A stretch of DNA of 64,000 nucleotides from Basidiobolus meristosporus CBS 931.73 (Eukaryota; Fungi; Basidiobolomycota): contig MCFE01000204.1 of the NCBI GenBank assembly GCA_002104905.1, positions 62,001 to 126,000 of the forward strand, given 5' to 3'. The stretch's first letter is position 1. Each line of letters begins with the position of its first letter. The notes under the pieces were generated by a model that was not told where the DNA came from, searched no databases, and saw only the letters and a program-made list of their open reading frames with translations. The position numbers were made by a program, and so were the translations under genes. Of the stretch, positions 36,989 to 50,999 are shown in pieces.

Positions 36989-37946
36989 CGATGTGATTGT
37001 GAGGTTCAGGAATCTAGTGAAATCTTCAACAACCAGGCATGATGCTTCTTATGATTCAACTGATGAGACAAATGGTGGCTCCTTAATAAGAAGTCACGTT
37101 TCTTGATTATCAGTGTCATCACTTGCGGGAGTTACACATCAACACAATGGCTTAATTTGATCTGCAAAGGTAAAATGTAGCATTGCCATCCTCTGTGGAA
37201 TGGATAGATACGTGTGGACTGCAGTGCTACGCTGCTCAGAGCAAAAACCAAGCTTACGGATACTTGATTCGAGTGTTTGAGTTTGAGGGTCACGCAACAT
37301 TGGTGGATGGCAAATGGTAGGCGTCGTGGCAATTGGTTCTGAATCGTAAACAAATGGTGACATAAATACAGGTGTTTTGGCAGCGCTCAGTGATTATCAG
37401 ATTCAGAATGTCATCGAATTGTTTTTGTGGTGCAAACTACAGCATGGCAGTTGCCAAGATAGTAGCATTCCAATAGGTCGGATGTACGAAATGACTTGTA
37501 TGTGATCGACACATATCGATTGTCTATATATGGACCACATTTGTGGTAATCGTCAGTGTAAATGCTGCGTTTCCATGAAAGCTGATGCACTTGCGTGCAT
37601 ACCAATATGGCTATACTAAAGCTATTGCTAAGCACACCCATTTACTTACAACCTGCTTTTACATTTGGCCACTTCCAAATTTATTCATTTCGTTGGGCTG
37701 TAGTGTTGATACAAGGCTGCTTGATCCTTTAATTAGGCGTAAAGCAACTTGGCATATTTTCGAGGTGGATATCAGTAATATTTGTAGGTGCCAAATGATT
37801 TTATTTATAGCTCCTGTTGCTCTTACTCCTCTTATCGCATACCTAACTTTTTGTTGACAATACACTTTTCTTGTACACTTGTATTTTTCTTTCTATATAT
37901 TTATTTCCCATCCCCACTCTTATTCAAAACGCTCAAACATCGTTCG

Positions 37947-40900
37947 ATGCCACTGGTTACCAATCCTTCAAGTCCAGCGATTCACAGAAGAGGCTCCAGT
38001 GTTGATATCGAGGAGCTGGAAAGAAAAGCAGAGATCGTTGAAGACCAGGATCTGTCTATAGAAAGCTGGATAACTCAGGCAAAGCGGCTGTATGATCAGG
38101 TACTTACTTTCAGCAATTTATTCTGAAAACAGCGTTGTTTTCGAGCCTGTTTGCCTTCTTGACAGTATCCATTTGCCTAATGTCTTGTTGCCTTTGGTTT
38201 GTTAGGCTAAATTGTCGAACGACAAAGATGATTGGGAAAATGCTTACATACAGTACCTCAAATTCAACAAGTTCGTAGACGTCACTTATTATTACTATAC
38301 TTAATGTTTAAACTCAACCTCACGTGCAGCATCGTCACTACTATTCTACCTCAGCATAATGTGGAATTGAGAAAGGTAAACTGGCAGTTATAGGTATTCA
38401 TAGCAGCAGCTAATATGTCAATTTACAGAGGGCGTTTGAAGTAGCCTCAATTCTCAAGGAGCTAAAAAATAAGCTAATACGGAAGTCCGATGATACTGTA
38501 TCCCAAGGTGGTGCGGAGCATCATTCTTCAAAGACTGGTGTTGTCTCCCCCAAGAGAAACGTTATTTCTAACCATGCTCAGGATCTTATTCGTAAGTTTT
38601 CTGCAATGGCTGAGACATCACAAGTTTTACCAGTATCAGCATCACATCGCAGTCTGCCCCTCACTACAAATTCAAGAAACCCTATTCATACCAAGACTCA
38701 GGAAAAGTTAGCACCACCAAGTCACACTCAAGAGGAAACAAAGAAATTCGAGCCACAATTGGGAAAAGTTACTGGCCCAAGTAATATCTCAAATGAGGGG
38801 CCAACTCTTCGTGCTCCTCCAAGACCGAGCGGCAGCGACGCAAGGTATCGGCTAGTACAAGAGAAATCGTTCATTAAAGATGCTTACAGCAGCACTCAAA
38901 CCGGATCAGAATCTTCTTCAAACGTTGATTTAAATAAGCCGAATATTCGTCCCCATACATCCCTTGTGAACTCTTCAAAAGTACCACTCGAAGACATAGA
39001 GAAGCCAAGCGCGGCAAACGAAATTACAACTCAACCATTTGCATCCCCGAAATCCAAGAAATACATTCCTACTTCTGTATTTGCTTCCTACCGAGTTGAG
39101 AAACGTAAATCCTTAGCTGAACGACCTGCAACCAAAGCCACTGTGCTGGAACCATCCGCAGCTCCTCATAGCTCTGAAGAGCCGTCAGTAAAATTGACTC
39201 AACCAGAAGCCAATTCCACGGTGGAGCCTAACTCACCAAGTGAACCTCAACATGCTTATGACGACTGTACTGCTAAAAAGTTGGACCTGGCATCTACTGA
39301 TGTCCGTGCGGCGAGCGGCCACAACGCTGACGGAATCTACAGCACCTTCGATCCGGAACTCTATGAAGCTTCACTTAGATTTCCTCATATAGAGACTGCC
39401 CAAGATTCTTTACCGGATACTCCATCAGAGTCCGATGTGGATTTTGATGAGGTATCTCAAAGATTTCCCAGCTTGGAGCATGGCGGCTCAATACGGACTG
39501 CTCTTTTGAATACTTCCCAAGCCAAAGTACGGCCATATAGGGCTTACAGCCAACCCAATGACGACGAGACCACTCACATGACAGATGAAGACGCGGTCGC
39601 ATCTAAATTCCCTGCTCTCTCTGGCTTGAATCAAATCGAGAAGATAGACACTGAACCGATTCCTAGCGTTGATTCCGAGAAGGATGACATCAAAGAGGAC
39701 CATGAGCGAGAGAGCAGCTCAGCACTCAAGCCGATACGAAGACAGAAATCTCAATTCTCATTTAAATCACGAGCCCCATCAAGGCGTTGGTCCAGCTCAG
39801 TGTCAATTTCTCAAACCAACTTTGCTTTTCCTCACGCGACTGTCATATCCACCAATATATTACATAGGTACCTCACCCAGTTGAGTAATCCTCCGTCAAT
39901 ACTATTGATGGATATCAGGCCAAGGGAAGATTTTCAGGCGGGCCATATTGAAGCTAGATACATTATCAATATAGATCCCGTGATTCTTAAGAACGAGTAA
40001 GTTGAAGAATTACTATTCCCTTTTGACATCTACTTGCTAACTCATTTACCAACCTGAAATTCAGGACTACCTCTTCAAAAATCGAGGCTGCATTGTTAGT
40101 ATGCTCGAAAAAAGAACAAGCCCTATTCAACGAGAGACACAAATTTGATCTCATAGTCTTTTACGATCAAAACTCGGCCTCACTTACACAGCGTCCTATC
40201 GAGCTTGGGGGAAGTGTCGTAGCCAATCCGTTGCAACATTTGGTTTCAGCAATTTATGAGCGAGAATTCGAGAAAGTGTTGATTCGTATGCCAGTGTTAC
40301 TCAACGGAGGCTATGAGGCATGGAGAAAAGAGCACGGTAAAACGTTGGTTTCCCTTGATGAAGCACCAGAGGATGTGCCAACTAGGGTTTGCAGTGCGGA
40401 GAATGTTGCAGTTCGCCGACTCGACCCAAGTAGTGCTGAAGCGGATGTTCCTGAAACTGAGCACAAACGAAATGTCTCTGGTGACTGGTTTGACAAACTG
40501 CAAGATACAAGAAGGTAAGGTGGCATCTATGTACATTTTATCAAGTAGTTCTTGGCATAACATGTTGTTATAGTAAAAATCACAAGTTGAAACGCAATCC
40601 CGCCAACTCCAGTCAAATTGAGCTAATGGCCGAGAGACTCGATAGATCGGCTGTAATAACACCAGCTATCGGACGACCGATTGCCCTCGAAATATATGAT
40701 TATTTCCAGCAAAACCCTATTCCATCGAGACAAAATACTTACCAGTCTAACTCTGGGAGTTATGGAGGAAGTCCAAGTATCGGGAGTCAGCAGAGCCTTT
40801 ATTCTTTACGACCTGTCCCACCTGGACAGCCTCTTATGAGTCAGCAGTCTTACGCATCTTCAAATGGATATCCATCACGGCCGCACCAATCTCAACAGCT

Positions 40901-43043
40901 TTATGGTGCAGTGGACTCTTCCCGATACTTACAACCGCAGGCCGCCATCTCTCAACAAGTCTACACTAGTAATCCACCTCGTCCACTGCATCCAACGACG
41001 ACTCAGCCGGCCATTCATTCAGCTTTTCGTCCACAACAGCAATTCCCCGCCTACCCACCTCGTTCAAACCAACCTTTGCAGCAACAACAGATGTACCAGG
41101 CGCAGCAACAGCGGGCTCCAGTATTTACCCAACCACCAAGGAGCTTGCAGCCAGGATTTCCATACCCTGCAAGACCTGGAGCCAACCAAAATTCACCCCC
41201 AGAGCTTTCAGGGCTACAAAACCAGCCAGCCTCACCTCAAGACAGTGAGTCAAATCTGCGTCGACGAAAGACTTTCCTTGATAATCCTTATTATGGATTC
41301 ACCACCACTAATAGTGTTCGTTACGATCCACCACCACCAGTACCCAAGCGCCCTTTGCCTCTTCCGCCTAGTGTACCCATAGCAATCGCACAAGTATCCA
41401 ATCAGCGTATACCACCCATAATGCTACCTCACAATAATCAACGACAGCATCAGCCTACTATGCTTCATGTGGCATCCCCCCAGCAATATCCCCGCGGACA
41501 ACAACGTATGCACCATACTCATGCCACTTCACCGACATTTGAGTCATCTGTATCCCAACTTGGATCCGTGCGTATTGGCATCACTGGTCTCAAGAATCTA
41601 GGAAACACTTGTTTCATGAATTCAGTGCTACAATGCTTAAGTGCTACAGTTCCTCTGGCAAGATACTTTCTAGGCAAGCCGAAGCATTTCGTTCTTGTAC
41701 AATGCAGAAATACTAACCATACTTCACGATTTCACAGATGGCAGTTACAAACGTCATATTAATGCTACTAATTTCCTGGGAACCGGTGGCATTCTCGCCC
41801 AAGCATTTGGTGATCTTATTCGCGTGATGTGGAGCGAACAGTATACTTTCGTTTCACCTATCACCTTTAGAGTAAGTGAATGATGGTCAAATGGAATACC
41901 AACCTATCTAACGGTGAATTTCTTCAAGGATGCTATTGCAAAATTCGCGCCTCAATTCAAGGGCTCAGATCAGCAAGATTCTCAGGAGCTGCTGGGCTTT
42001 CTGTTAGATGGTCTACACGAAGACTTGAATCTAGTAGTTACCAAACCACCACCTGACAACAATGAAGATGATGACATGATGGAAAAAATGCCTGAACACA
42101 TGGCTTCCAATCTAGCCTGGGAAAAGTATTTACTGCGAAATTCGTCCATTATTGTGAGCCTGTTTCAAGGGCAATTCAGGTCTAGACTACAATGCACCAG
42201 CTGTAAACTAGTAAGAGATCCACTTACACTATGTCCTTGCTTTATCAATGATGTAACATTGCTCTATCAGACTTCCACAACGTATAATCCTTTCATGTAC
42301 CTCTCATTGCCCATCCCTTCACACAATCAGGGGATATCACTATCCGCTTGTTTGGACGAATTTGTTAGGGAGGAGGTTTTAGATGGTGACGATGCTTGGT
42401 ATGTGTATCTCGTACTGGGAATCAATACTCAGTATATAAGCTAATCATGCATTGATATTGGGTATATCAGGTTCTGCTCTCGATGCAAAACTCGTCGTCG
42501 TGCCATTAAGCGATTGACATTATCCAGACTCCCGGATATTCTCTTGATTCATCTTAAGAGATTCTCGTTTTCCGGACCCTTTCGAGACAAACTCGAAACT
42601 CTTGTGTCTTATCCTTTAAGGTATATATTGTCGTTGCTAAAGATTTTCCTGGCGTTTTCTCAACCCTTCTGTCATAGAAAACTGGATATGAGGCGCTACC
42701 TTCCCTCAAATGAAAACAAAGCCCCAGCAATATACGATCTCTACGCTGTTTCGAATCACTTTGGCGGATTGAACGGAGGCCATTGTAGGATTTTCCATTT
42801 GTATGTTTACTGCGATGTTTACTGATGCCATCATGGTTTAGATACTGCCCAAGTTAGAAATGGTTATCGTAACCAGTGGCATAATTTTGATGATTCCCGG
42901 GTATCTGTTTGTGATGAACGGGCAGTTGTGGTAAGCTAATATATATCGATGTCCTGAGTCAACGGGGTCTGTACTCATCCTTGACTTCCTTGTAGTCCAA
43001 ATCAGCATATATCCTCTTTTACGTTAGAACCACCGTTAGTTAA
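37947..43043 (+). CDS. DOA4: Ubiquitin-specific protease Doa4/USP8 type (N-terminal helical domain, rhodanese, UCH), multi-exon
   Basis: Rhodanese-like [21 protein letters not shown]; Cys box [18 protein letters not shown]; [20 protein letters not shown]; LLIHLKRF; His box [14 protein letters not shown]|YTA; SAYILFYVR. Confidence 0.93.
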
Positions 43044-43605
43044 CGATGTCACGTTTTATTTCAATAAGCTATGTTTTCCTCTCAGTTGCATTCTTCTCTT
43101 GATTGTATCATATACTCCCGGATATGAAGTGAACAACGCTCTATAAATTGCCTGAAGCTTCATCCATTGGCATGTTTCAAGCCATATACTACTATTGCCA
43201 TAAATGGCGAACTCCTTGCGGACAATCGAATGTTTGGTGTCAATGCAAGAAAAAAATATACAGTATGGATAAAATGCATAGCACCAATATTGTTTACCGG
43301 GGTTCCAGATGAAACCTTCGGGACGGCATCAGTATTTTCACAGGTACCAAACTGACAGTCTTCTTGAGATACAGAGAAGCTTCGAGAAATTTTCCTTGTT
43401 TTATACTTTTACATGCTCAGCATGAAAATCTGAAAGGAACCAAACAAGAACACCTTGAAAATCAGGGCTGAAATCGTATTGAAGGGGCAACACTCTGCCA
43501 TCAGAAGAATCAATTATCATTTAACAAAAAAGAAGCGTTGTTATAATAGCTAAGCTATAGTCTCAAAAATATGCGAGTTACCCCAATGCGAACAGTGGAA
43601 ATCCA

Positions 43606-45118
43606 TTAAATACCCAAACAGTCAGCACACATGCACGGAACATCAAATATATCATCTGATGCGATATCGGAAGTTGGCCAGCTAATAACGATCTGAGGGC
43701 TTGTATCAGACTCAACATCCTCCTTGGACGATAGCATTGGAGTCAAGGGAGGTGTTGGGAGTGTCTGTATCAGTGTTGGTACGTCTAGGTTCGCTGATGC
43801 GGTGTACATGATTTTGGGTGCCTCTGTGACATATTTAGCTAGTTCAGAGAAATCAGTGGAATGTCTACGACGTCCTGAGGGGAGCGGGCTAGCTTGAGAC
43901 TCTTTTGGTCTGGAAGTCAGGATTATCGGATGAGTCTTCCCAGGCTCGGAAATGCTACGACGACACCTAGTTATTGTTGCTTGAGTTTGGGATTGCGCAC
44001 CAGAGTTACTTGAGATGGCGCTTGAGCAAGGTATTAAGGCAGGGGAGAATATTTTGCCTATTTTCTTCAGGGTTTTACTGGCACCCTCAACATTAAAGCT
44101 CTTCGTGTGACGAAGCTTCTTGGAGTCGGAGCCTTCACACTTAAGGAACTCGTACACGTCGAAGTCTTGTGAATCCCCTTCCACCCCATGTAATGATTGG
44201 TCGTCTGTAATCTCAGCAATTACCTTTAGAGTAGATACTGAGGGTTTAGAGGCAACGGGTGTAACTACACGTTTTTCGGATAGGATCTCTTGATGCTAAT
44301 GTATCCGTTATGTTGGGCATTTGATGCGATAGATCTATAAGTTCACACAAACCTTCTTTACAGCTTTTGGGTGGGAGAAGTCCTCTGGCCCTGAGTTCTT
44401 TAAAAACTCGTAAAGAGTCTCGGATTTCTTGACTTTACTTGGCATGAAATCGTCAAAATCGTTCGCGCATATATCTATCTCGGGGGACGCTAGTGGACTT
44501 GCAGTAGTTGGCTCACGAGACTGTAGTTTCTTCATTTTTTTCAGCACCTAGAGTAGTAACGGGTGAGGGTCATTCTTGGGGAAGCTGGGAGGCTGGTGTA
44601 GTAGTACCTCGATGCTCCGTAGCCGATTGGGAGTCAAGGTGACCTTCTTGGTGTCATCTGCTTTTAGTACTTCATCAAAATTCAAGCCCTAGAAACATTG
44701 GATGAGTTAACCAGGCACAACGATGCTGGAACATATCCAAGTACCCCTGTAACCTCCATGTTCGAAGCCATTGTTCGATGGGACTGGATACTCTCCTGGC
44801 TTCGGAAAGTTTCCATGGACTTGCTTCTTTGGATGGTTTGATTGTTGATCCCGGGCAAATACTTCAGAAGATGCTTGGATGATGATCGGGGATTCTTCTC
44901 GGTGCTGGAGTGTTTCATCCAGGACTTTCCTTTGCTGAAGAATCCTGAAAACGAGGACTTTTTGGGCACACCTGTTAGCATGGACAGTACGTCTTCATCG
45001 GTGCTAAGGGATGTCGAGGTTCTCTCAGTGGACGTCTCTGGATCAAGGAGCTACCGGATTAGCATAGGAGCAATGATCAGATACTTGATGAATTACATAC
45101 CAAGCGGTGGGCACTCAT
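43606..45118 (-). CDS. Ser/Thr-rich hypothetical protein, multi-exon
   Basis: ATG at 45118 (MSAHRL). Canonical introns join ORFs 44682-44981, 44335-44547 and 43606-44184 in frame. Contains the segments GLNFDEVLKADDTKKVTLTPNRLRSIE, LYEFLKNSGPEDF and VYEFLKCEGSD. Some internal boundaries are uncertain. Confidence 0.7.
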
Positions 45119-47002
45119 CTTCGCTGGATGAGCTCCTATGATGTAAGATGTCCTTTTTCTAGAACAACGAGTGAGTAACTAGACCCAGTGGTGCGCAGCT
45201 TTTATCAAGTACCTCCAAGAGTTTACGTAGAGCCATGTGGAAATGCGCTAAGCCTAGGCTGACTCAGATACAGAAAAAATAATCAAGATGTAAGATCAAC
45301 AACACCGCGCAATCTGTGTTAAAGAGCTATTGCCACTACTAAAACAGCAGTTATCTTAAAATTAAGAACCCATTCATCCAGGGTATTTATATATGCGTCT
45401 GGGTTTGATTGGCAGGCCAGAAGGAACACCTAAGAGGAGATGGATTCGACGAGGATGCAGGCAATGGGCAACCAGCCCACTGCCGAATGCAGTGAGAAAC
45501 TGTAATATAAACCCGTTTTGTATATGAAATTGTGAAGCTCACAATGGAACAAATTTAGAACAACACAACTCCTGCTTTTTGTTTGTAGCTTATGATTCCT
45601 GAATATGAATACCACTACTCCTAATACCTCTGGATCATCTAAAACGCCTTGATTTCGATTCAAGGGTCTCTGCAAAGAAAATGATTTGGTGCTTATCAGA
45701 GACACCAGTAGACTACATATGCCCATATCCTCAAGAATTGAAGTCGTTTAAGGGGCAGCGCAACGGAGCAGCATTCATTGGGCTAAATCAACTCCATTTT
45801 ATGACGCGCATCTTGCCCTTTCTGTCTGAAACCACCATCCTGGCCTCCATCTCGCCTTCATGCCCTGATTGATGGCCACACGACAATCGAGTGCGGATCT
45901 TGTTACGAGCAAAACAGACCATTCACATCGCATCTGTGATTCTACCTGGCACATGCACCCTAGTGAGGATTGGGAATGACAAGCCAGCAGTCCTAACTCA
46001 GGCACAAATCACCATGCGCGCTAGTCTTACTGGCAGACCGCTGCAGTTTCGGATTCCCCGAAAGCTTCCTGCAACCACGCTAACAGACCAGTAGACAGCT
46101 ACCTCACCTTGGTAGGCAGATCGATCGTCCAGAGGGGGAGGGAAACCCTCTACTGGGGCACGCCACCGGTGTCCTGAAGCTCCGCTACACTCGACCACTG
46201 GGTGGCACAGTATAGAGCCCAAAGCTTACTCAGGATCTACATCTATCCCAATGGCCTCCTTGTGTCGGCAGCACCCGACCAAGAATAAGGTCCGGAAATA
46301 CGTCTCCATATACGGCTCCTATTCAGTGGAATCTAATGCAAGTAACAGTGCTCAGCATTCAGCAGCGGGCGTCTTCAGTTAATTGCGAATTAACGGAAAT
46401 CGCTCAGAAGCCGAAACAAATACACAAATAATACCGCACTTGGCAGAATCTTAGTATAAGTCAGCTAGTGTATCTTGAAACCGCCGATAATGTGGGTGAC
46501 TTAGTCCCATCCTCGAATGGCTAAAATGCTCAACCGAATGATCACGCATCAATGGTGCAAAATCCGGTGAATGTTGGGGCGTCCATCAAGTTCACAACAG
46601 GTGCGATTCGGCTGGAAAATCGAACGTCTATACAACGGTCATGCAGCAGCCATTGCACTCGAAATACCGGAAAATATTTGCTGGCATCTTGGTTAAATGA
46701 CATCAAATGAGGTAAATGATGCCTGGGGTGCCTAACGTTGGCTACGAATGTTACTGGACCTGGGTTTAATTGGCGCATCTAGCAATTCCGTTTGTCATGA
46801 AATGAATTTGTGCCCCATTGGATGATACATTTGAGGTATTCATGCTCCCTACATCCCTTACTCAAGATAAGACTCCAAATGTAACTATGACTGTTTCTGA
46901 TTTTTGGCTTGGCCAATACACTTACAACTGGACATATCCTTAACTCTACCAGACTACACGCTTTTTAAAGCCTAGAGACTACATCAACCAACAAATCTCC
47001 TC

Positions 47003-49918
47003 ATGCTGACAACGAGATTGCTGTCAAAGCTTGGGATCTTGATCCTTTTGACTAAATGCTTTGGTCAACAAGTAGACTCAAAGCCAAAAACGGGTAAATT
47101 TGCGGCATTGCAAGCATATTACCACACTAGGAACCAAAGCTAACTTACAAACAAGCGGCTGATTATCGAGTTACGGCGCTACCAGGGCTTTCCGCCGACT
47201 ACACTTTCGATCAATACGCGGGGTATACTGTCGTTTCAACTTTTTTGCCATAATACGGTTCCCCACCTTCCCTCCCAGACTACTAATGTTGGAATTAGAC
47301 ATATCGGTATCAACGAGACTGTCGATGGTCATCTGTTTTTCTGGCTATTCAAAAGCCAGATCCCCGATTCTAGAAAGCTGGTAACTACAAAGAGTTTCAT
47401 TCTCTCGGTGGCTCTACTAACGGAAGTATTCCATTGCAGATAATTTGGTTCAATGGAGGTAACGTACTGACCACTTCCACTGACCACCTAAGACTGTATT
47501 AACATAGGATGCGTCATGTAGGCCCAGGATGGTAAGACTTTCGTACCCATCTTCGATATGGCTCGCACCTTGCTAAGTTTATTTTACGAACTTTCCATCC
47601 ACCACTTAGCTCAAGGTAATACACCTGTTTTCTATTGCTCCATTGTGTTTGCTAAGGGATTCTTTTATAGCCTAGACGGAATATTCCTAGAAAACGGACC
47701 TTTCAAGCCTCTAGAAAATGGAACATTGAAAGTGGAAGAAAACAGCTGGCATAAGCATGCCAATATGCTGTTTCGTAAGAGTGTTCTTACAAGTTAGCCT
47801 TGGAATTGTGTTGTTTAACCTGACCTGACACTTAGTGGACCAGCCTATTGGCACCGGATACAGCTATGGAGACGATGCCGGGTATGCCAAGAATATGGAG
47901 CAAGTATGTACTATTTGTCGAAGTGCAGCTTGATTGGCAATAGACGGATTAACCTTCTATCCTTAGGTAACCAATGGATTTGTCGTGTTTTTAAGTAGAT
48001 TCTTCGAAGTTTTCCCTGAGCTTCAGATCAACGAGGTTCCTATAACATGAACACTTAGCGAGGAGCGTAATCATTCATAATCCAATTATAGATCTATCTG
48101 GCTGGGGAAAGCTTTGCTGGGGTTTACATACCTTACTTGGCCAAAGGGATTCTGGATTACAACGACAAAGCAAAAAATAGAATCAAGGTAACTTCCCCAA
48201 TGGTCTCTATAGCTGCCAAATACATGCTCTAAGTCCACTACGACATTTTCAGCACAACCTGAAGGGGTTGGTGATCGGAAATGGCTGGATCGACCCCAGA
48301 ACCCAGGTAGGTTATTCACATAGCAATCAATTGAACTATCATTTTCTCAACAACAATTACACTGCAGTACAACTCTCTGGTAGAGTATGGCTACGATCAT
48401 GGATTAATCGAGGAAAGCCAGAAGGTATCTCATGATGAAGGGTGTGAAGAGGCTCTAGAAGTGCTTACATGAACATGCTGTGTATAGGGACGTATAGAGA
48501 GCCTCACCGCCAGCTGCAACACTCTGTTTGAAACACACGGCGATCGTATTCGATTTGAGGCGTGTGAGAGTATAATGGAAACCATACTGACAAACTCGTT
48601 TGTATCCATCGAATGCGCGCTCCCCTGCTCCCGATCGAAACTGAACAGCATTCCATCTTAGAATCCACGACGGAAAATGCATGAATCAATTCGACATCCG
48701 ACTCCAAGACTCTTATCCAGCTTGTGGGATGAACTGGCCCAATCATTTGTCTGAAATGTACAGCTATCTACAGGTCGGTGGGGCAGTTGACGAATCTAGG
48801 GATGATCGGCTAACCTAGCACCTTCAGAACGACGAGGTGGTCAAAGCGCTTCACGCTGAAGCAAAGCAGACCGCTTGGAAGGAATGCAGTAATATAGTGA
48901 ACGCCAACCTGGGCGATGACGCCAGCCCACCTCCTAAAGATGTAAGACTCATTTACGTATTATATACATACATATATATGTCCGTGTTGTGTGTTGATTG
49001 CAAGTCGTCCTTTACCAGCTATTCCCAACGATCCTCAAGCGTGTTCCGATCTTGCTGTTCTAGTGAGTCACATGATCTAACCTCTTTTCGGGTAGCTTGC
49101 TGACAACCTTCCCATTTTTCATTTGTAGCGGTGATCAGGACCTTGTGTGCAATATTATTGGGATCGAAAAGGCGCTGCAAAAAATTGAGTGGAATGGAGA
49201 AAAGGGATTTGGGGTAAGCACGCATGTCTGTTGCGTAGGCAATTGCTCTGGTTGATGCTCACTATTGTTGTGAATCTAGAATATTATGGCAGAATCCTGG
49301 CTAGTCAATGACAAGCTTGTAGGCATTCACTCATCCGCACGAAATCTAACTTACATAAGAGTTTTCAACGCGAGCCATATGGTTCCTGTGGATAAAAGAG
49401 AGGAATCGTACGCTATGATGAATTGGTTTATGGGAATCGAGGATCCATTATTCAAAGTGAGCATCGGTGATAGCAAGATCCCCATAGCAGACAACGCTGG
49501 GCTCGATGAGGTAAAAGGCATTCAAGTTCGATACGCACTGTGTTGTTATGCTTACTCCTCTTCACAGAAAACTGCAGTTAAGGACGGCAAATTGTCAGAG
49601 CCAAACAACGCTACTGATAGGTAAGGATATAGGTGCATTCTATGAATTGAAGATAATATACACATGTTGATCATCCTCGCATTCATCAGTGTTGCACTCG
49701 GGCTGATCATTGGCATGATTTCTATGGCCGCGTTTGTTGGGGTTTTCTTGGGATGGTACATCAAGCGACGTCGGTATACCATCTTGGCTCCTCACAGTGG
49801 ACAAGACTCAGAACTGTAAGAGATGCACTTCAATGTACCTCATGAGAACATACTGACATGTGGGACCGATTTTTGTAGCACTGACTTTATTATCGACGAT
49901 GAGGAGCTCTCTGATTAG
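47003..49918 (+). CDS. KEX1: Serine carboxypeptidase S10, Kex1-type (signal peptide, C-terminal TM helix), many exons including micro-exons
   Basis: LFFWLF, WFNG|GPG|CSS|[24 protein letters not shown] (Ser), [17 protein letters not shown] (Asp), VFNASHMVP (His), hydrophobic TM segment [16 protein letters not shown]..., acidic tail ending DDEELSD. Confidence 0.9.
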
Positions 49919-50072
49919 TCAGCATTAGAAGATTTCCATGCCTACCTTCATCACCGTTGATACGCGAACTCTTACCCGCTCTGTGGATATCCACTGCTGA
50001 TCCATCTTCACTCGTCTTTATCTGATGCCGGAAAACATTAGAACATATAAAATATTTATTTATAAGGGATGT

Positions 50073-50404
50073 ATGAATAACAATGACCAGAATATGCCGA
50101 TTTGTAATGTGATTAAAAGACACCCTACTTCATTGGATTTGTCAGTGGTCCAATATATAGCCAATGTAGTAGAATCCGTGAACGCTACAGTTAATGGAAA
50201 GGAGATTTGGGACCTTGGCTGTTCTGCTTCAAACGTTCAGACAAACTATGCATCTTGCTACTCAATATATTCGGTACGGTTCGTGCTCGACTATTCACAG
50301 AACTTTCCGCCATGTGGATTTCTGATCTGCAGCTATATCCCAAGCATGCGTCAAACTGGCCCCCTTGGATGGTGCTACCTGGTGGAAAACTTCATTGCTC
50401 ATGA
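50073..50404 (+). CDS. Possible small two-exon hypothetical protein (about 90 aa)
   Basis: ATG at 50073 and a phase-0 GT-AG intron at 50274-50332 give an open 67+23 codon frame. No family recognised. Confidence 0.22.
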
Positions 50405-50999
50405 TGTTTTTGCTCTGGTCAGCAAGTTCAAAGAGAGTACCAATATATGAGCCAAATCTTGCTCTATATCACATATGGACATCGTGAAGTAGTTGCAAGG
50501 AATTAGTGTTGCACTACTTGATCATAGTCAATTTGTCTGAGGCTGGTCGAGGCAAATATCAATTTCATTTTCGCATAGTTTCAAAGTCTATATACCTTAT
50601 CTCTACGCGATACTAATTCATATATGCATTTCATACCTCCTTAACCATATGCTACTAATTGCTCAGAAACAAATCCTACTCCGTAGCTAATTTGCATGTC
50701 GATAGTGCTGTGCTTCAGCAATTAGTATGTAGAGAGCTACTCCTAAAAAGAGTTGTAGAATCGTTGGTTTCCAAACTCCCTCGATATGTGCTCTCTTTGG
50801 AATCAAGCCATGTATAGAAAGAGAGGGAGTCCAGAGAGCAGAATGGAGGGGAGTATTGGTGGAGTACTAGATAACTCGCATGATATTCAAGAGTGATTCA
50901 TTGAGTTCTAATTGAGTATTTATACTTGAAGGAAATCTTGGTAAAGCTATAGTGACATGCAACACTGGGGCCATCTAGCCAAGCTCAAAGAATTTGACA

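Noticed and set aside
45430-46330. Several overlapping short ORFs on both strands
   Set aside because: I found no consistent splice model or recognisable motif. The GDVFPDLILGR resemblance to peptidase C25 is too short to support.
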